Assembly (NCBI RefSeq): GCF_001457595.1
Contig: NZ_LN831039.1
Coordinates: 2,160,001 to 2,192,000, forward strand
Length of the DNA stretch: 32,000 nucleotides
DNA from: Mycolicibacterium smegmatis
GTDB taxonomy: Bacteria; Actinomycetota; Actinomycetes; Mycobacteriales; Mycobacteriaceae
Direction: 5' to 3'
Shown here: in pieces, positions 24,290-32,000 of the stretch
Layout: every line of letters starts with the position of its first letter
Numbering within the stretch: position 1 is the first letter of the stretch
Position numbers and translations under genes: made by a program
The notes under the pieces: model-generated
Database searches by the model: none
What the model saw: only the letters and a program-made list of their open reading frames with translations
What the model was told of the DNA's origin: nothing

Positions 24290-24301
24290 TGACACGTGTC
24301 A
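24290..24301. promoter_or_regulatory. Perfect 12-bp palindrome TGACACGTGTCA in the divergent QOR / ADH spacer (candidate operator)
   Basis: Read directly from the sequence. It ends 23 nt upstream of the ADH ATG at 24325. Confidence 0.4.
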
Positions 24302-24324
24302 AGTTGGTCGCCTACGATCGCCGA

Positions 24325-25413
24325 ATGCTCAATGCGCGCGCCGCGGTGCTGCTCGACGCCGGAGCGGACCCGCGGCTCACCGACGTGCAGGTCCGCCCGC
24401 CGGTCGGCGACGAGCTGCTCGTCGAGATCGAGGCCGTGGGGATCTGCCATACCGACATCAGCGTGGCCGCGCGCTTCCGCAAGGTGCCGATGGTGTTCGG
24501 CCACGAAGGTGCGGGCACCGTGATCGACGCGGGCCCGGCCGCCGCAGGCCGCATCGGGGAACGTGTGGTGCTCACGTTCACCAGCTGCGGGGTCTGCGAC
24601 CGTTGCGGCGCGGGCAGTCCCGCGTACTGCGACCACTCGACCGATCTCAACATGCGCGGCGGCCGCCTCGACGAGACCGCGGCGCTGCGGCTCGGCGGGG
24701 CACCGGTCGCCGGGGAGTTCTTCGGCCAGTCCAGCTTCGCCACGCACGCGATTTCCAAGAGCCGCAACGCCGTCACCATCCCCGGTGACCTGGACCCCGC
24801 GCTCGCCGCCCCGCTCGGCTGCAGCGTGCAGACCGGCGTGGGCGCGGTGCTCAACGTGCTCACACCCGGCGCCGCCGACGCCGTGGTCGTGTTCGGGGCC
24901 GGCGCCGTCGGCCTGTCGGCGGTGATGGGCGCGCGCATCGCCGGATGCCGCACCATCGTCGCGGTCGACCCCGTCGCGCGACGACGCGCGCTGGCCACCG
25001 AACTGGGCGCAACCATCACCATCGACCCGACGGACACCGACGTGACCCGGGCCGTGCTGGACGCCACCGGGGGAGCGGCCGGCGCCATCGACACCACCGC
25101 ACGCCCCGACGTCATCGCCACGGCCGTCATGGCGCTGCGGTCCCGCGGAACCCTGGCCCTGCTCGGACTCGGCGCCCTGACCGCCGAGCTACCGGTCGCG
25201 CTGATCATGGGCAAGGGACTGACGGTTCGCGGCGTCGTGGAAGGCGACAGCGAACCGCACACCTTCCTACCGCGGCTGCTGGAGCTCCACCGCCGTGGCG
25301 AACTTCCGGTGGACAAGCTCGTGACGACGTACCCCTTCGACGACTTCGACCGCGCCTGGACCGCTGCCAAGGCCGGTGAAGTGGTGAAACCGGTGCTCAT
25401 CACCAGACGGTAG
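24325..25413 (+). CDS. Zinc-dependent alcohol dehydrogenase (aryl/benzyl-alcohol dehydrogenase-like MDR)
   Basis: GICHTD, GHEGAG, the structural-zinc Cys cluster CGVCDRCGAGSPAYC and the GAGAVG Rossmann motif. Confidence 0.9.
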   Translation: MLNARAAVLLDAGADPRLTDVQVRPPVGDELLVEIEAVGICHTDISVAARFRKVPMVFGHEGAGTVIDAGPAAAGRIGERVVLTFTSCGVCDRCGAGSPAYCDHSTDLNMRGGRLDETAALRLGGAPVAGEFFGQSSFATHAISKSRNAVTIPGDLDPALAAPLGCSVQTGVGAVLNVLTPGAADAVVVFGAGAVGLSAVMGARIAGCRTIVAVDPVARRRALATELGATITIDPTDTDVTRAVLDATGGAAGAIDTTARPDVIATAVMALRSRGTLALLGLGALTAELPVALIMGKGLTVRGVVEGDSEPHTFLPRLLELHRRGELPVDKLVTTYPFDDFDRAWTAAKAGEVVKPVLITRR

Positions 25414-25455
25414 GCTCGACAAAGATCAGGCAGCGACGCCGATGACGGGAGCAGT

Positions 25456-26382
25456 ATGACCCTTCCACAGTTACCTCAAGGACGTACCGTCGAGGTCCGT
25501 GCGGTCGACGGTGTGCGACTGCACGCGCAAACATTCGGGCCCGAGGACGGCTACCCGATCGTGTTCGCGCACGGCATCACGTGCGCCATCGAGGTGTGGG
25601 CCCACCAGATCGCCGACCTGGCCGGCGACTACCGCGTCATCGCCTACGACCACCGCGGCCACGGGCGCAGTGAGACCCCGCGCGGCCGCAACCGCTACAG
25701 CCTCAACCACCTCGCGGCCGACCTGGACGCGGTGCTCGACGCGACGCTGCGGCCCGGCGAGCGGGCCGTCATCGCGGGCCACTCCATGGGCGGCATCGCG
25801 ATCACGTCGTGGGCGCAGCGCTACCCGAGCCGTGTGCAGACCTGCGCCGACGGGGTCGCCCTGATCAACACCAGCACCGGGGACCTGCTGCGCGACGTGC
25901 AACTGGCACAGGTGCCCACGCGGTTGAGCACCACGCGGATCCGCACCGCGGGCACCATCCTCAAGACCTTCGGCAGCACCCCGGTCCCCAAGCTGGCCGA
26001 CGCCGCCAACAGGCGCTTCGTCGCCCATCTCGCGGTCGGCCGCGACGCCGATCCGTGGGTGGCCGACTTCGTCTACCGCCTGTTCGCCACCACCCCGCCG
26101 ACCGGACGCGGTGCGTGGGGGCGGGTCCTGGTGGACAACCTCGGCCCCAAGCACATTCCGCTGCACAACCTCACGGTGCCGACGCTGGTGATCGGCAGCG
26201 CGCAGGACCGGTTGTTGCCCATCAACGCTTCCCGCCGCATCGCCGACACCGTGCCCAACCTCGCGGCGTTCGTCGAACTGCGCGGCGGACACTGCGGCAT
26301 CCTCGAGCGTCCCGACGAGGTCAACGCCCAGCTGCGGAAGCTGGCCGAAGCGGTGATCAGCCCGCAGCGGCTGAACTCTTGA
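25456..26382 (+). CDS. Alpha/beta hydrolase (esterase/lipase-like)
   Basis: HG oxyanion motif (VFAHG), GHSMGG nucleophile elbow, and a late His in [13 protein letters not shown] lies 5 nt before the ATG. Confidence 0.9.
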   Translation: MTLPQLPQGRTVEVRAVDGVRLHAQTFGPEDGYPIVFAHGITCAIEVWAHQIADLAGDYRVIAYDHRGHGRSETPRGRNRYSLNHLAADLDAVLDATLRPGERAVIAGHSMGGIAITSWAQRYPSRVQTCADGVALINTSTGDLLRDVQLAQVPTRLSTTRIRTAGTILKTFGSTPVPKLADAANRRFVAHLAVGRDADPWVADFVYRLFATTPPTGRGAWGRVLVDNLGPKHIPLHNLTVPTLVIGSAQDRLLPINASRRIADTVPNLAAFVELRGGHCGILERPDEVNAQLRKLAEAVISPQRLNS

Positions 26383-27724
26383 GCGCCTCGGCCACTTCGG
26401 TGGCCGCGCGCTGCCCGGAACGCACTGCGCCGTCGAGGAATCCGGTCCACACGTCGGCGGTTTCGGTACCGGCCCAGTGGATTCCGTCGATCGGTTTGCG
26501 CAGCCACGGCCCGTAGGCGGTCCACGCCTCCGGCGGCACCGCCGCGGTCGGGCCGCCGGGCGCGAAAGCCTCTGTGCCCCAACAATGATCGAGATAGTCG
26601 ATGGGGTCGCGGGCCGCGTCGCCGAAGAACGTCGCGAACCCGCCGAGTGCGCGTTGGCGCCGCTGCTCGGGCGGTAACGCGTCGAACGTGCGGGCATCGG
26701 TGAAACCGAGCAGGATTCCGGGACCCTCGTCGCCCGGGCTCACGTCGAACGTGATGAACACCGGGCCCTCGTCACTCAACGCCTCACCCGAGCACCCGTT
26801 GGCCCGCCAGAACGGCCGATCGTAGGCCGCGTAGGCCTTGCTCAGCCGTCCCTGCGGCCAGTGCGCGGCCAGTTCGGTGTACTCGGGTGGCAGCGGCGGG
26901 TCGAACTCGATGTCGCCGCGGTGCTGCGGGGCGATCGCGATGACCACCGCGCGCGCCCGCACGTGGCCGGTGGTGAACGTGACGCCGATGTCGCCACCGG
27001 AGTGGCGTTCGATGCGCTGCACCGGCGCGTCGAGCGCGATGCGTTGGCCCAGTTCATCGGCCATGCGCAGCGCGATCTGCTGCGTTCCCTCGACCAGCCG
27101 GTCCTGCTGTGCGCCGCCTTCGACGTCGAGCAGTCGGGTGAGTCCGCCCGCGGCCTTCACGTACCGCACGGCATGCAGCATCGACACCTGATCGGGTTCG
27201 GCGCCCCAGGTCACCCGCGACATGATCGCCATGAGATTTCGGGTCGACGCGTTCGCGTGCACATACCGCAGCCAGCGCTCCATGCTGTACTGGTCGAGCT
27301 TGTGCGCGAGCGAACCGTTCCACGGTTCGGCGACGTCGACGTGGCGGAACAACCGCTCGAACCGCCACTGGATCCGCGACACATCGAGCAGTTCGATGAT
27401 CGACAACCGGGGGATGGTGCTGCGGTAGGACCGCACCCGCCCGTGCCAGCGGATCAGGTTCTTTCCGCGGTTGTAGGTGGGCACCGTGGCGCAACCGAGT
27501 TCGGCCGCCAGACCCAGCACCGCGTCCTGGGTGGGACCGACGAACGTGCCGCCCAGATCGACCGGCACCCCGGCGATCGTCGCGGTCGAAGAACGACCCC
27601 CCACCCGGTCACGGCCCTCCAGGACCACGACGTCGTACCCGAGCTGCACCAACCTGCGTGCCGCCGTCAAACCGGCGAAGCCGGCCCCCACCACCGCAAC
27701 GTCGGCGCTCGTCGGGATGCTCAT
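26357..27724 (-). CDS. Flavin-containing amine oxidase (MAO-like) family protein
   Basis: [31 protein letters not shown] dinucleotide-binding motifs, and a C-terminal WAGTETA motif typical of amine oxidases. Confidence 0.9.
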   Translation of the reverse strand: MSIPTSADVAVVGAGFAGLTAARRLVQLGYDVVVLEGRDRVGGRSSTATIAGVPVDLGGTFVGPTQDAVLGLAAELGCATVPTYNRGKNLIRWHGRVRSYRSTIPRLSIIELLDVSRIQWRFERLFRHVDVAEPWNGSLAHKLDQYSMERWLRYVHANASTRNLMAIMSRVTWGAEPDQVSMLHAVRYVKAAGGLTRLLDVEGGAQQDRLVEGTQQIALRMADELGQRIALDAPVQRIERHSGGDIGVTFTTGHVRARAVVIAIAPQHRGDIEFDPPLPPEYTELAAHWPQGRLSKAYAAYDRPFWRANGCSGEALSDEGPVFITFDVSPGDEGPGILLGFTDARTFDALPPEQRRQRALGGFATFFGDAARDPIDYLDHCWGTEAFAPGGPTAAVPPEAWTAYGPWLRKPIDGIHWAGTETADVWTGFLDGAVRSGQRAATEVAEALKSSAAAG

Positions 27725-27743
27725 GTCACTAGGCTCTCACGCC

Positions 27744-28733
27744 GTGAAGATCATGACCGCCCTGTTCGGTCCCACAGATGCCATAGAACGAACCCATGCC
27801 CTCGTCGAGGCCGGTGCCACGGGGGTCTTCACCTTCGAAGGCCCGCACGACGTGTTCGCGCCACTCACGCTGGCGTCGACCGTCGGAGGCGTCGACCTCA
27901 TGACCAACGTGGCGATCGCGTTTCCCCGCAACCCGATTCACCTGGCCCACCAGGCGATCGACCATCAACTGCTCTCCGGTGGGCGCTTCACGCTCGGCCT
28001 GGGCACCCAGATCCGCACGCAGATCGAGAAGCGTTTCGGCGCGGACTTCGAGCGGCCGGTCGGCAGGATGCGGGAACTCATCGGGGCCCTGCGGGCGATC
28101 TTCGACGCGTGGCAGACGGGGGAACGTCTGGACTTCCGCGGCGAGTTCTACCGCCATACGCTCATGACCCCGACGTTCAGCCCGGGCCCCTCGCCGTACG
28201 GCCCGCCGCCGATCTACGTGGGTGCGCTCGGCCCGCAGCTGACCCGCGCCACTGCCGAGCTGGCCGACGGCCTGCTGGTGATGCCGTTCGGCTCGAAGCG
28301 ATTTCTCCACGAGGTCATCGTTCCCGCTGTGCGGGCCGGGCTAAACGCCGCCGGACGGTCGGCCGACGACTTCGCCGTCGTCCCCGAGATCATCGTGTCG
28401 GTCGGTGAGGACGACCGCGATCACGACGCCACCCGCCGGCTGCTGGCGTTCTACGGGTCGACGCCGGCGTACCGGCCCGTCCTGGACGCGCACGGCTGGG
28501 GAGACCTGCAGCCCGAGCTCAACGCGATGTCCAAGCAGGGGCGCTGGCAGGAGATGAGTGCGCTGGTCGACGACGACGTCCTGCACACCATCGCGGCCTG
28601 CGGCAGCCCCGCCGAGATCGCCGCGCACATCGCCGACCGCGTCGCCGGGGTCGGTGACCGCATATGCCTCTACCAGCCAACTCCCATTTCGTTGGACTCG
28701 CTTGCCCAGATCGTCGACGCACTGCGCACCTGA
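27744..28733 (+). CDS. Luciferase-like monooxygenase (LLM) class, probably F420-dependent, oxidoreductase
   Basis: VKIMTALFGP...AFPRNPIHLAHQAIDHQLLSGGRFTLGLGTQIRTQIEKRFG...PPIYVGALGPQLTRATAELADG. GTG 27744 is used; ATG 27753 is an alternative start. Confidence 0.82.
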   Translation: MKIMTALFGPTDAIERTHALVEAGATGVFTFEGPHDVFAPLTLASTVGGVDLMTNVAIAFPRNPIHLAHQAIDHQLLSGGRFTLGLGTQIRTQIEKRFGADFERPVGRMRELIGALRAIFDAWQTGERLDFRGEFYRHTLMTPTFSPGPSPYGPPPIYVGALGPQLTRATAELADGLLVMPFGSKRFLHEVIVPAVRAGLNAAGRSADDFAVVPEIIVSVGEDDRDHDATRRLLAFYGSTPAYRPVLDAHGWGDLQPELNAMSKQGRWQEMSALVDDDVLHTIAACGSPAEIAAHIADRVAGVGDRICLYQPTPISLDSLAQIVDALRT

Positions 28734-28777
28734 GCCCCTAATGTGGTGGTACGCGGCGGGACCAAAGGAGGTTCTCT

Positions 28778-30337
28778 ATGGGTGCCACGGAGTCGACCGA
28801 CCCCGCATACACCGACGTGTTGATCATCGGTGCGGGCATCTCAGGGATCAATGCGGCGTACCGCATCCACGAGAAGTGCCCCGGACTGACGTACACGCTG
28901 CTGGAGCGGCGCGAACGCATCGGCGGCACCTGGGACCTGTTCCGGTACCCGGGTATCCGGTCCGACAGTGACATCTTCACGCTGAGCTACCCGTACGAGC
29001 CGTGGACGCGTCCGGAGAACGTCGCCGACGGCGGTGACATCCGCGCCTACCTCACCGAGACCGCACGCAAGTACGGCATCGACCGCCACATCCGGTTCAA
29101 CACCCATGTGCTGTCCGCCGATTGGGATTCGGACACCGACACCTGGACGCTGCACACCGAGCAGGACGGGCAGCGCAGGGACTACCGGGCCCGGTTCGTG
29201 TTCTTCGGCACCGGCTACTACAACTACGACGAGCCCTATCAGCCGGAGTTCCCGGGCATGGCGGACTTTCACGGGGAGGTCGTGCACCCGCAGTTCTGGC
29301 CCGAGTCGCTCGACTACACCGGCAAGAGTGTGGTGGTGATCGGCAGCGGCGCCACCGCGATCAGCCTGGTGCCTGCCATGGCGCGCACCGCGGGCCACGT
29401 GACCATGCTGCAGCGGTCACCGACGTACATGATGTCGTCCCCGCGGATCAACCCGGCGGTGCAGGCGATCCGGAAGGTGTTGCCGCGCAGGGTGGCCCAC
29501 CAGGTGGTTCGGGTGCGCAACGCCATGGTGCAGTACGTGGCGTACAACTTCTTCCGCGCGGCACCCCGGCTCGGGCGGTGGGTGATCCGCAAGGCCACCA
29601 TCGGCGTGCTGCCCAAGGGCTATCCGGTCGACGTGCATTTCAAGCCCAGGTACAACCCGTGGGATCAGCGGATGTGCCTGGTGCTCGACAAGGACATCTT
29701 CGAAGGGATCAGCAGCGGGCAGGTCGAGGTGGTCACCGACCACATCGACCACTTCGACGCCGACGGCATCGTGCTGAGGTCCGGCAACCGGATCGACGCC
29801 GACGTCGTCGTCACGGCAACGGGTCTGCAACTGCAGGCGCTCGGCGGGATCACCCTGCGGGTCGACGGCGACGAGGTCAAGCCCACCGAGCGGTTCGTCT
29901 ACAAGGAGTTCCTGCTCGAGGACGTGCCGAACATGGCGTGGTGCATCGGCTACACCAACGCCTCATGGACGCTGCGTGCCGACATGACCGCGAAGGCCGT
30001 CGCGAAACTGTTGGCCTACATGGGTTCCCACGGGTACACCCACGCCTATCCGCACAAGGGCTCGACCCCGATCGCCGAGAAGCGCACCTGGGATCTAGAG
30101 GCCGGCTACATCCAGCGCTCCGAGCACGCCCTACCGCGCTCGGGCACCAAACGACCGTGGCACGTGCGGCACAACTACCTGCTCGACGCCATCGACCACC
30201 GTTTCGACCGCATCGACGAGTCGATGGTCTTCGGGCGTGCCCCCGCCGCCGTCCAGGTGCCCGCCTCAGCACCTTCCCCGGCACCTCCGTCAGCACCGCG
30301 AGCGGGCGCGTCTGCTGTGGAACCCGCCGCGAGTTAG
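28778..30337 (+). CDS. EthA-like flavin-dependent Baeyer-Villiger monooxygenase
   Basis: GAGISG FAD motif, FHGEVVHPQFW (BVMO fingerprint FxGxxxHxxxW) and a second GSGATA Rossmann motif. AAGGAGG lies 6 nt before the ATG. Confidence 0.9.
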   Translation: MGATESTDPAYTDVLIIGAGISGINAAYRIHEKCPGLTYTLLERRERIGGTWDLFRYPGIRSDSDIFTLSYPYEPWTRPENVADGGDIRAYLTETARKYGIDRHIRFNTHVLSADWDSDTDTWTLHTEQDGQRRDYRARFVFFGTGYYNYDEPYQPEFPGMADFHGEVVHPQFWPESLDYTGKSVVVIGSGATAISLVPAMARTAGHVTMLQRSPTYMMSSPRINPAVQAIRKVLPRRVAHQVVRVRNAMVQYVAYNFFRAAPRLGRWVIRKATIGVLPKGYPVDVHFKPRYNPWDQRMCLVLDKDIFEGISSGQVEVVTDHIDHFDADGIVLRSGNRIDADVVVTATGLQLQALGGITLRVDGDEVKPTERFVYKEFLLEDVPNMAWCIGYTNASWTLRADMTAKAVAKLLAYMGSHGYTHAYPHKGSTPIAEKRTWDLEAGYIQRSEHALPRSGTKRPWHVRHNYLLDAIDHRFDRIDESMVFGRAPAAVQVPASAPSPAPPSAPRAGASAVEPAAS

Positions 30338-30363
30338 CAGCAGGCGGCGCACGCTCGCGCGCA

Positions 30364-31119
30364 CTACGGAACCCGGATCTGCAGTCCCGTCGCCAGCAAC
30401 CGGGACGCCGAGAGCCCGAACGTGGACTTGAACCGGTCGGCGAGATGCGACGGGCTCGCGAAGCCCGAGTCGACGGCGGCCGTGGTCAGGGCGTGGCCCG
30501 CGGCCAGCAGTGCACCGGCGCGCAGCAGCCTGCACCACATGCGGTAGCGCCGCAGGCTCGTGCCCAGTTCGGCGCGGAACAGGTGCAGGAAGCGGGATTC
30601 GGACAACCCGGCTGCGGCGGCCAGGTCGGCGGCCGTCACCACCGTGGCCGGGTCGTCGCGGATCTGCTTGGCCGCCAGTTCGATCCGCGGGTCGATGTCA
30701 TGGATCACCGAAGGCGCCGCGGTGTCCAGCCAGCGCACGGCCGAAGAATCGTCAGCCGGTGGGTTGAGCAACAGATCCTCGCGGTGGTGCCCGATACCGA
30801 TGCCGTGGACGACGTTGTCGAACTGCCTGCGGCACGACGTGCTCCGGTGTGACGCCGGATCCAGATAACACGACACCAGCGGTCCCGTCATCACCAGATG
30901 GTGCGTCACGCGTGGGGGAATGAGCGCGGTACGCGCGGAGATACGGTCCCCACCGACATCGATGGTCAACGGCGCGTCGACCCCGACCACCAGACACCAC
31001 ACCGAACCCGAATGCGGTTGCAGGCCCAGGGCCGGACCCGAGTACAGACCCTGGCCGGGCCACAGCCACACCGCCGGATAGCAGGTTTGTGGAAGCGGTG
31101 CGGGTATCGGGGTCGGCAT
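30364..31119 (-). CDS. AraC family transcriptional regulator
   Basis: C-terminal double HTH (AADLAAAAGLSESRFLHLFRAELGTSLRRYRMWCRL ... GFASPSHLADRFKSTFG). GAGGAGG lies 6 nt before ATG 31119. The track ORF extension to 31410 is discarded. Confidence 0.88.
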   Translation of the reverse strand: MPTPIPAPLPQTCYPAVWLWPGQGLYSGPALGLQPHSGSVWCLVVGVDAPLTIDVGGDRISARTALIPPRVTHHLVMTGPLVSCYLDPASHRSTSCRRQFDNVVHGIGIGHHREDLLLNPPADDSSAVRWLDTAAPSVIHDIDPRIELAAKQIRDDPATVVTAADLAAAAGLSESRFLHLFRAELGTSLRRYRMWCRLLRAGALLAAGHALTTAAVDSGFASPSHLADRFKSTFGLSASRLLATGLQIRVP

Positions 31120-31153
31120 GCTGGCCTCCTCATCACCTGAGCAGGAGGTTACC

Positions 31154-31525
31154 TTGAGCGTCGGAGTCGCAGCAGTGATCGTGGTCGCCGGGGTGTTCTT
31201 CCTCGGCATGGGCGTCTGCGCGCTGAGGGCGCCACAGGCGCTCCTGCGGCCGTTCGACTTCGAGCTCAGGTCGGCGTCGTCGCGTGCCGAGGTGCGCGGG
31301 GTGTACGGCGGTTTCGGCCTGGCGATCGCCGCGGTCCTGGCGTACGCGGCCGTCGCACCGGCGGTGCGGACCGGCGTGTTGATCACGGTCGGCGCAGCGC
31401 TGGCGGGCATGGCGGTGGGCCGCGCGGCCTCGGCGGTGTTCGACGAGCGAACCCCGTTCTACCCCAACTGGTTCTACTTCCTGGTCGAGGCGATCGGTGC
31501 GGCAGCGCTGTTCTGGGCCGTCTGA
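31154..31525 (+). CDS. Small integral membrane protein, DUF4345-like
   Basis: Four hydrophobic segments and an EVRGVYGGFGLAIA motif. TTG 31154 is preceded by GGAGG at 31144-31148. ATG 31118 is the alternative, overlapping start. Confidence 0.6.
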   Translation: MSVGVAAVIVVAGVFFLGMGVCALRAPQALLRPFDFELRSASSRAEVRGVYGGFGLAIAAVLAYAAVAPAVRTGVLITVGAALAGMAVGRAASAVFDERTPFYPNWFYFLVEAIGAAALFWAV

Positions 31526-31538
31526 TCGCGGGAAAACC

Positions 31539-32000
31539 CTACGGTGCGACGGTGAGCCAGTCGGTGAAACCCGACGGGTCGTGGCGGCCGAGCGCGCCGT
31601 GTTCGAACAGGCCCCATCCCTCAGCGGGGGCGGAGCTGCCCTCGGTGCACACCGCGCGCCCGACGTGGTCGATCACGCCGAAGGCGGCACGGCTGATGAT
31701 CGCCGGGTCGGTCATGTCGTAGGTGAGCCGTTCGGTGAACTTCTCGCCCTTCCACACGCCGTGCAACCAGTCCGGGTCGCCACCGTAACCGCCGCCGACG
31801 TGAATCGGCACCGCCAGTTTGGATTCCACGTCGAACCGCACCGGGGAACCGTCGGCGGCGGTCGCGTCGATGGTGGCGCCGGTGGGGATGCGGGTGCCCG
31901 AGCGGTAGTGGATCTTGATGCGCGGCCACCCCAGTTGTTCGATGCGGCCGTCTTTCCAGATGCGGGTGCAGTCGTTGAGGGAGCGGAACCCGTTGGGCTC
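31539..32000 (-). CDS. Conserved hypothetical protein, C-terminal 153 codons; the 5' end lies beyond the window
   Basis: The reverse frame is open from base 32000 to the stop at 31539-31541: EPNGFRSLNDCTRIWKDGRIEQLGWPRIKIHYRSGT...HVGGGYGGDPDWLHGVWKGEKFTERLTYDM.... G/C dominates the third codon position. I do not recognise the family. Confidence 0.55.
   Translation of the reverse strand, partial: EPNGFRSLNDCTRIWKDGRIEQLGWPRIKIHYRSGTRIPTGATIDATAADGSPVRFDVESKLAVPIHVGGGYGGDPDWLHGVWKGEKFTERLTYDMTDPAIISRAAFGVIDHVGRAVCTEGSSAPAEGWGLFEHGALGRHDPSGFTDWLTVAP

Noticed and set aside
23401-24324. Upstream 308 codons of the 670-aa plus-strand ORF ending at 25413
   Set aside because: This part is antisense to the quinone oxidoreductase gene and has no family similarity. 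The ADH domain (MLNARAAVLL...GICHTD) starts at ATG 24325.
25471-26697. 408-aa minus-strand ORF (also 26861..28408, plus strand, 515 aa)
   Set aside because: These are antisense or off-frame shadows of the alpha/beta hydrolase, amine oxidase and LLM genes, with the same Arg-rich composition.
29122-30852. 576-aa plus-strand ORF
   Set aside because: It is an off-frame reading of the BVMO gene that continues antisense into the AraC gene. It is Arg/Gly/Pro-rich with no motifs.
31118-31153. ATG 31118 as the start of the DUF4345-like gene
   Set aside because: It would overlap the divergent AraC start codon and has no Shine-Dalgarno. TTG 31154 follows a GGAGG, and the first hydrophobic helix begins right after it. 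It is kept as an alternative in the feature note.
1-32000. Mobile elements, prophage, integrase or tRNA-linked island boundaries, toxin-antitoxin or phage-defence genes
   Set aside because: No translated frame shows transposase, integrase, recombinase, nuclease, helicase or toxin-like motifs. I found no terminal inverted repeats or long direct repeats flanking any block, and no tRNA-like sequences in the spacers. Composition appears uniformly GC-rich by eye, but I could not compute skew or k-mer deviation.

Overview
This is a very GC-rich, densely coding actinobacterial segment. It looks Mycobacteriaceae-like (F420-linked DDN and LLM enzyme families, an EthA-type BVMO, leaderless-style starts), but I cannot verify the taxon without a search. 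I support about 35 protein-coding genes. Most are small-molecule redox or catabolic enzymes, each group sitting next to a one-component regulator (GntR, LacI, HTH-TOBE, IclR, TetR, AraC). From left to right the window contains: (1) a VOC dioxygenase and FAH hydrolase operon divergent from a GntR gene; (2) a Dabb protein; (3) a LacI gene divergent from a HisD paralogue plus SDR pair; (4) a translationally coupled HTH-TOBE-modA-modB-modC operon; (5) an SDR convergent with a P450; (6) a hydroxypyruvate-isomerase remnant with a large internal deletion; (7) an AT3-SGNH acyltransferase; (8) a GntP permease, family III CoA-transferase, HMG-CoA-lyase-like, IclR and SDR cluster; (9) a TetR gene divergent from an SDR, Cmx-like MFS and F420 DDN-family reductase operon; (10) yggS; (11) a quinone oxidoreductase; (12) a Zn-ADH, alpha/beta hydrolase, amine oxidase, LLM oxidoreductase, BVMO and AraC group; (13) a DUF4345 membrane protein; (14) a partial hypothetical gene at the right edge. 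I see no rRNA or tRNA, CRISPR array, transposase or integrase, phage genes or recognisable defence genes. I do not see convincing evidence of a wholly new system. The best second-look candidates are the GntP, CoA-transferase and lyase module with its four-fold CGTGGGTT promoter motif, the HTH-TOBE regulator heading the mod operon, the TetR-controlled reductase-plus-efflux operon, the repeat-dense tetR-yggS spacer, and the decaying Hyi and acyltransferase locus. All product calls rest on my recognition of family motifs in the translations. No database search was run.
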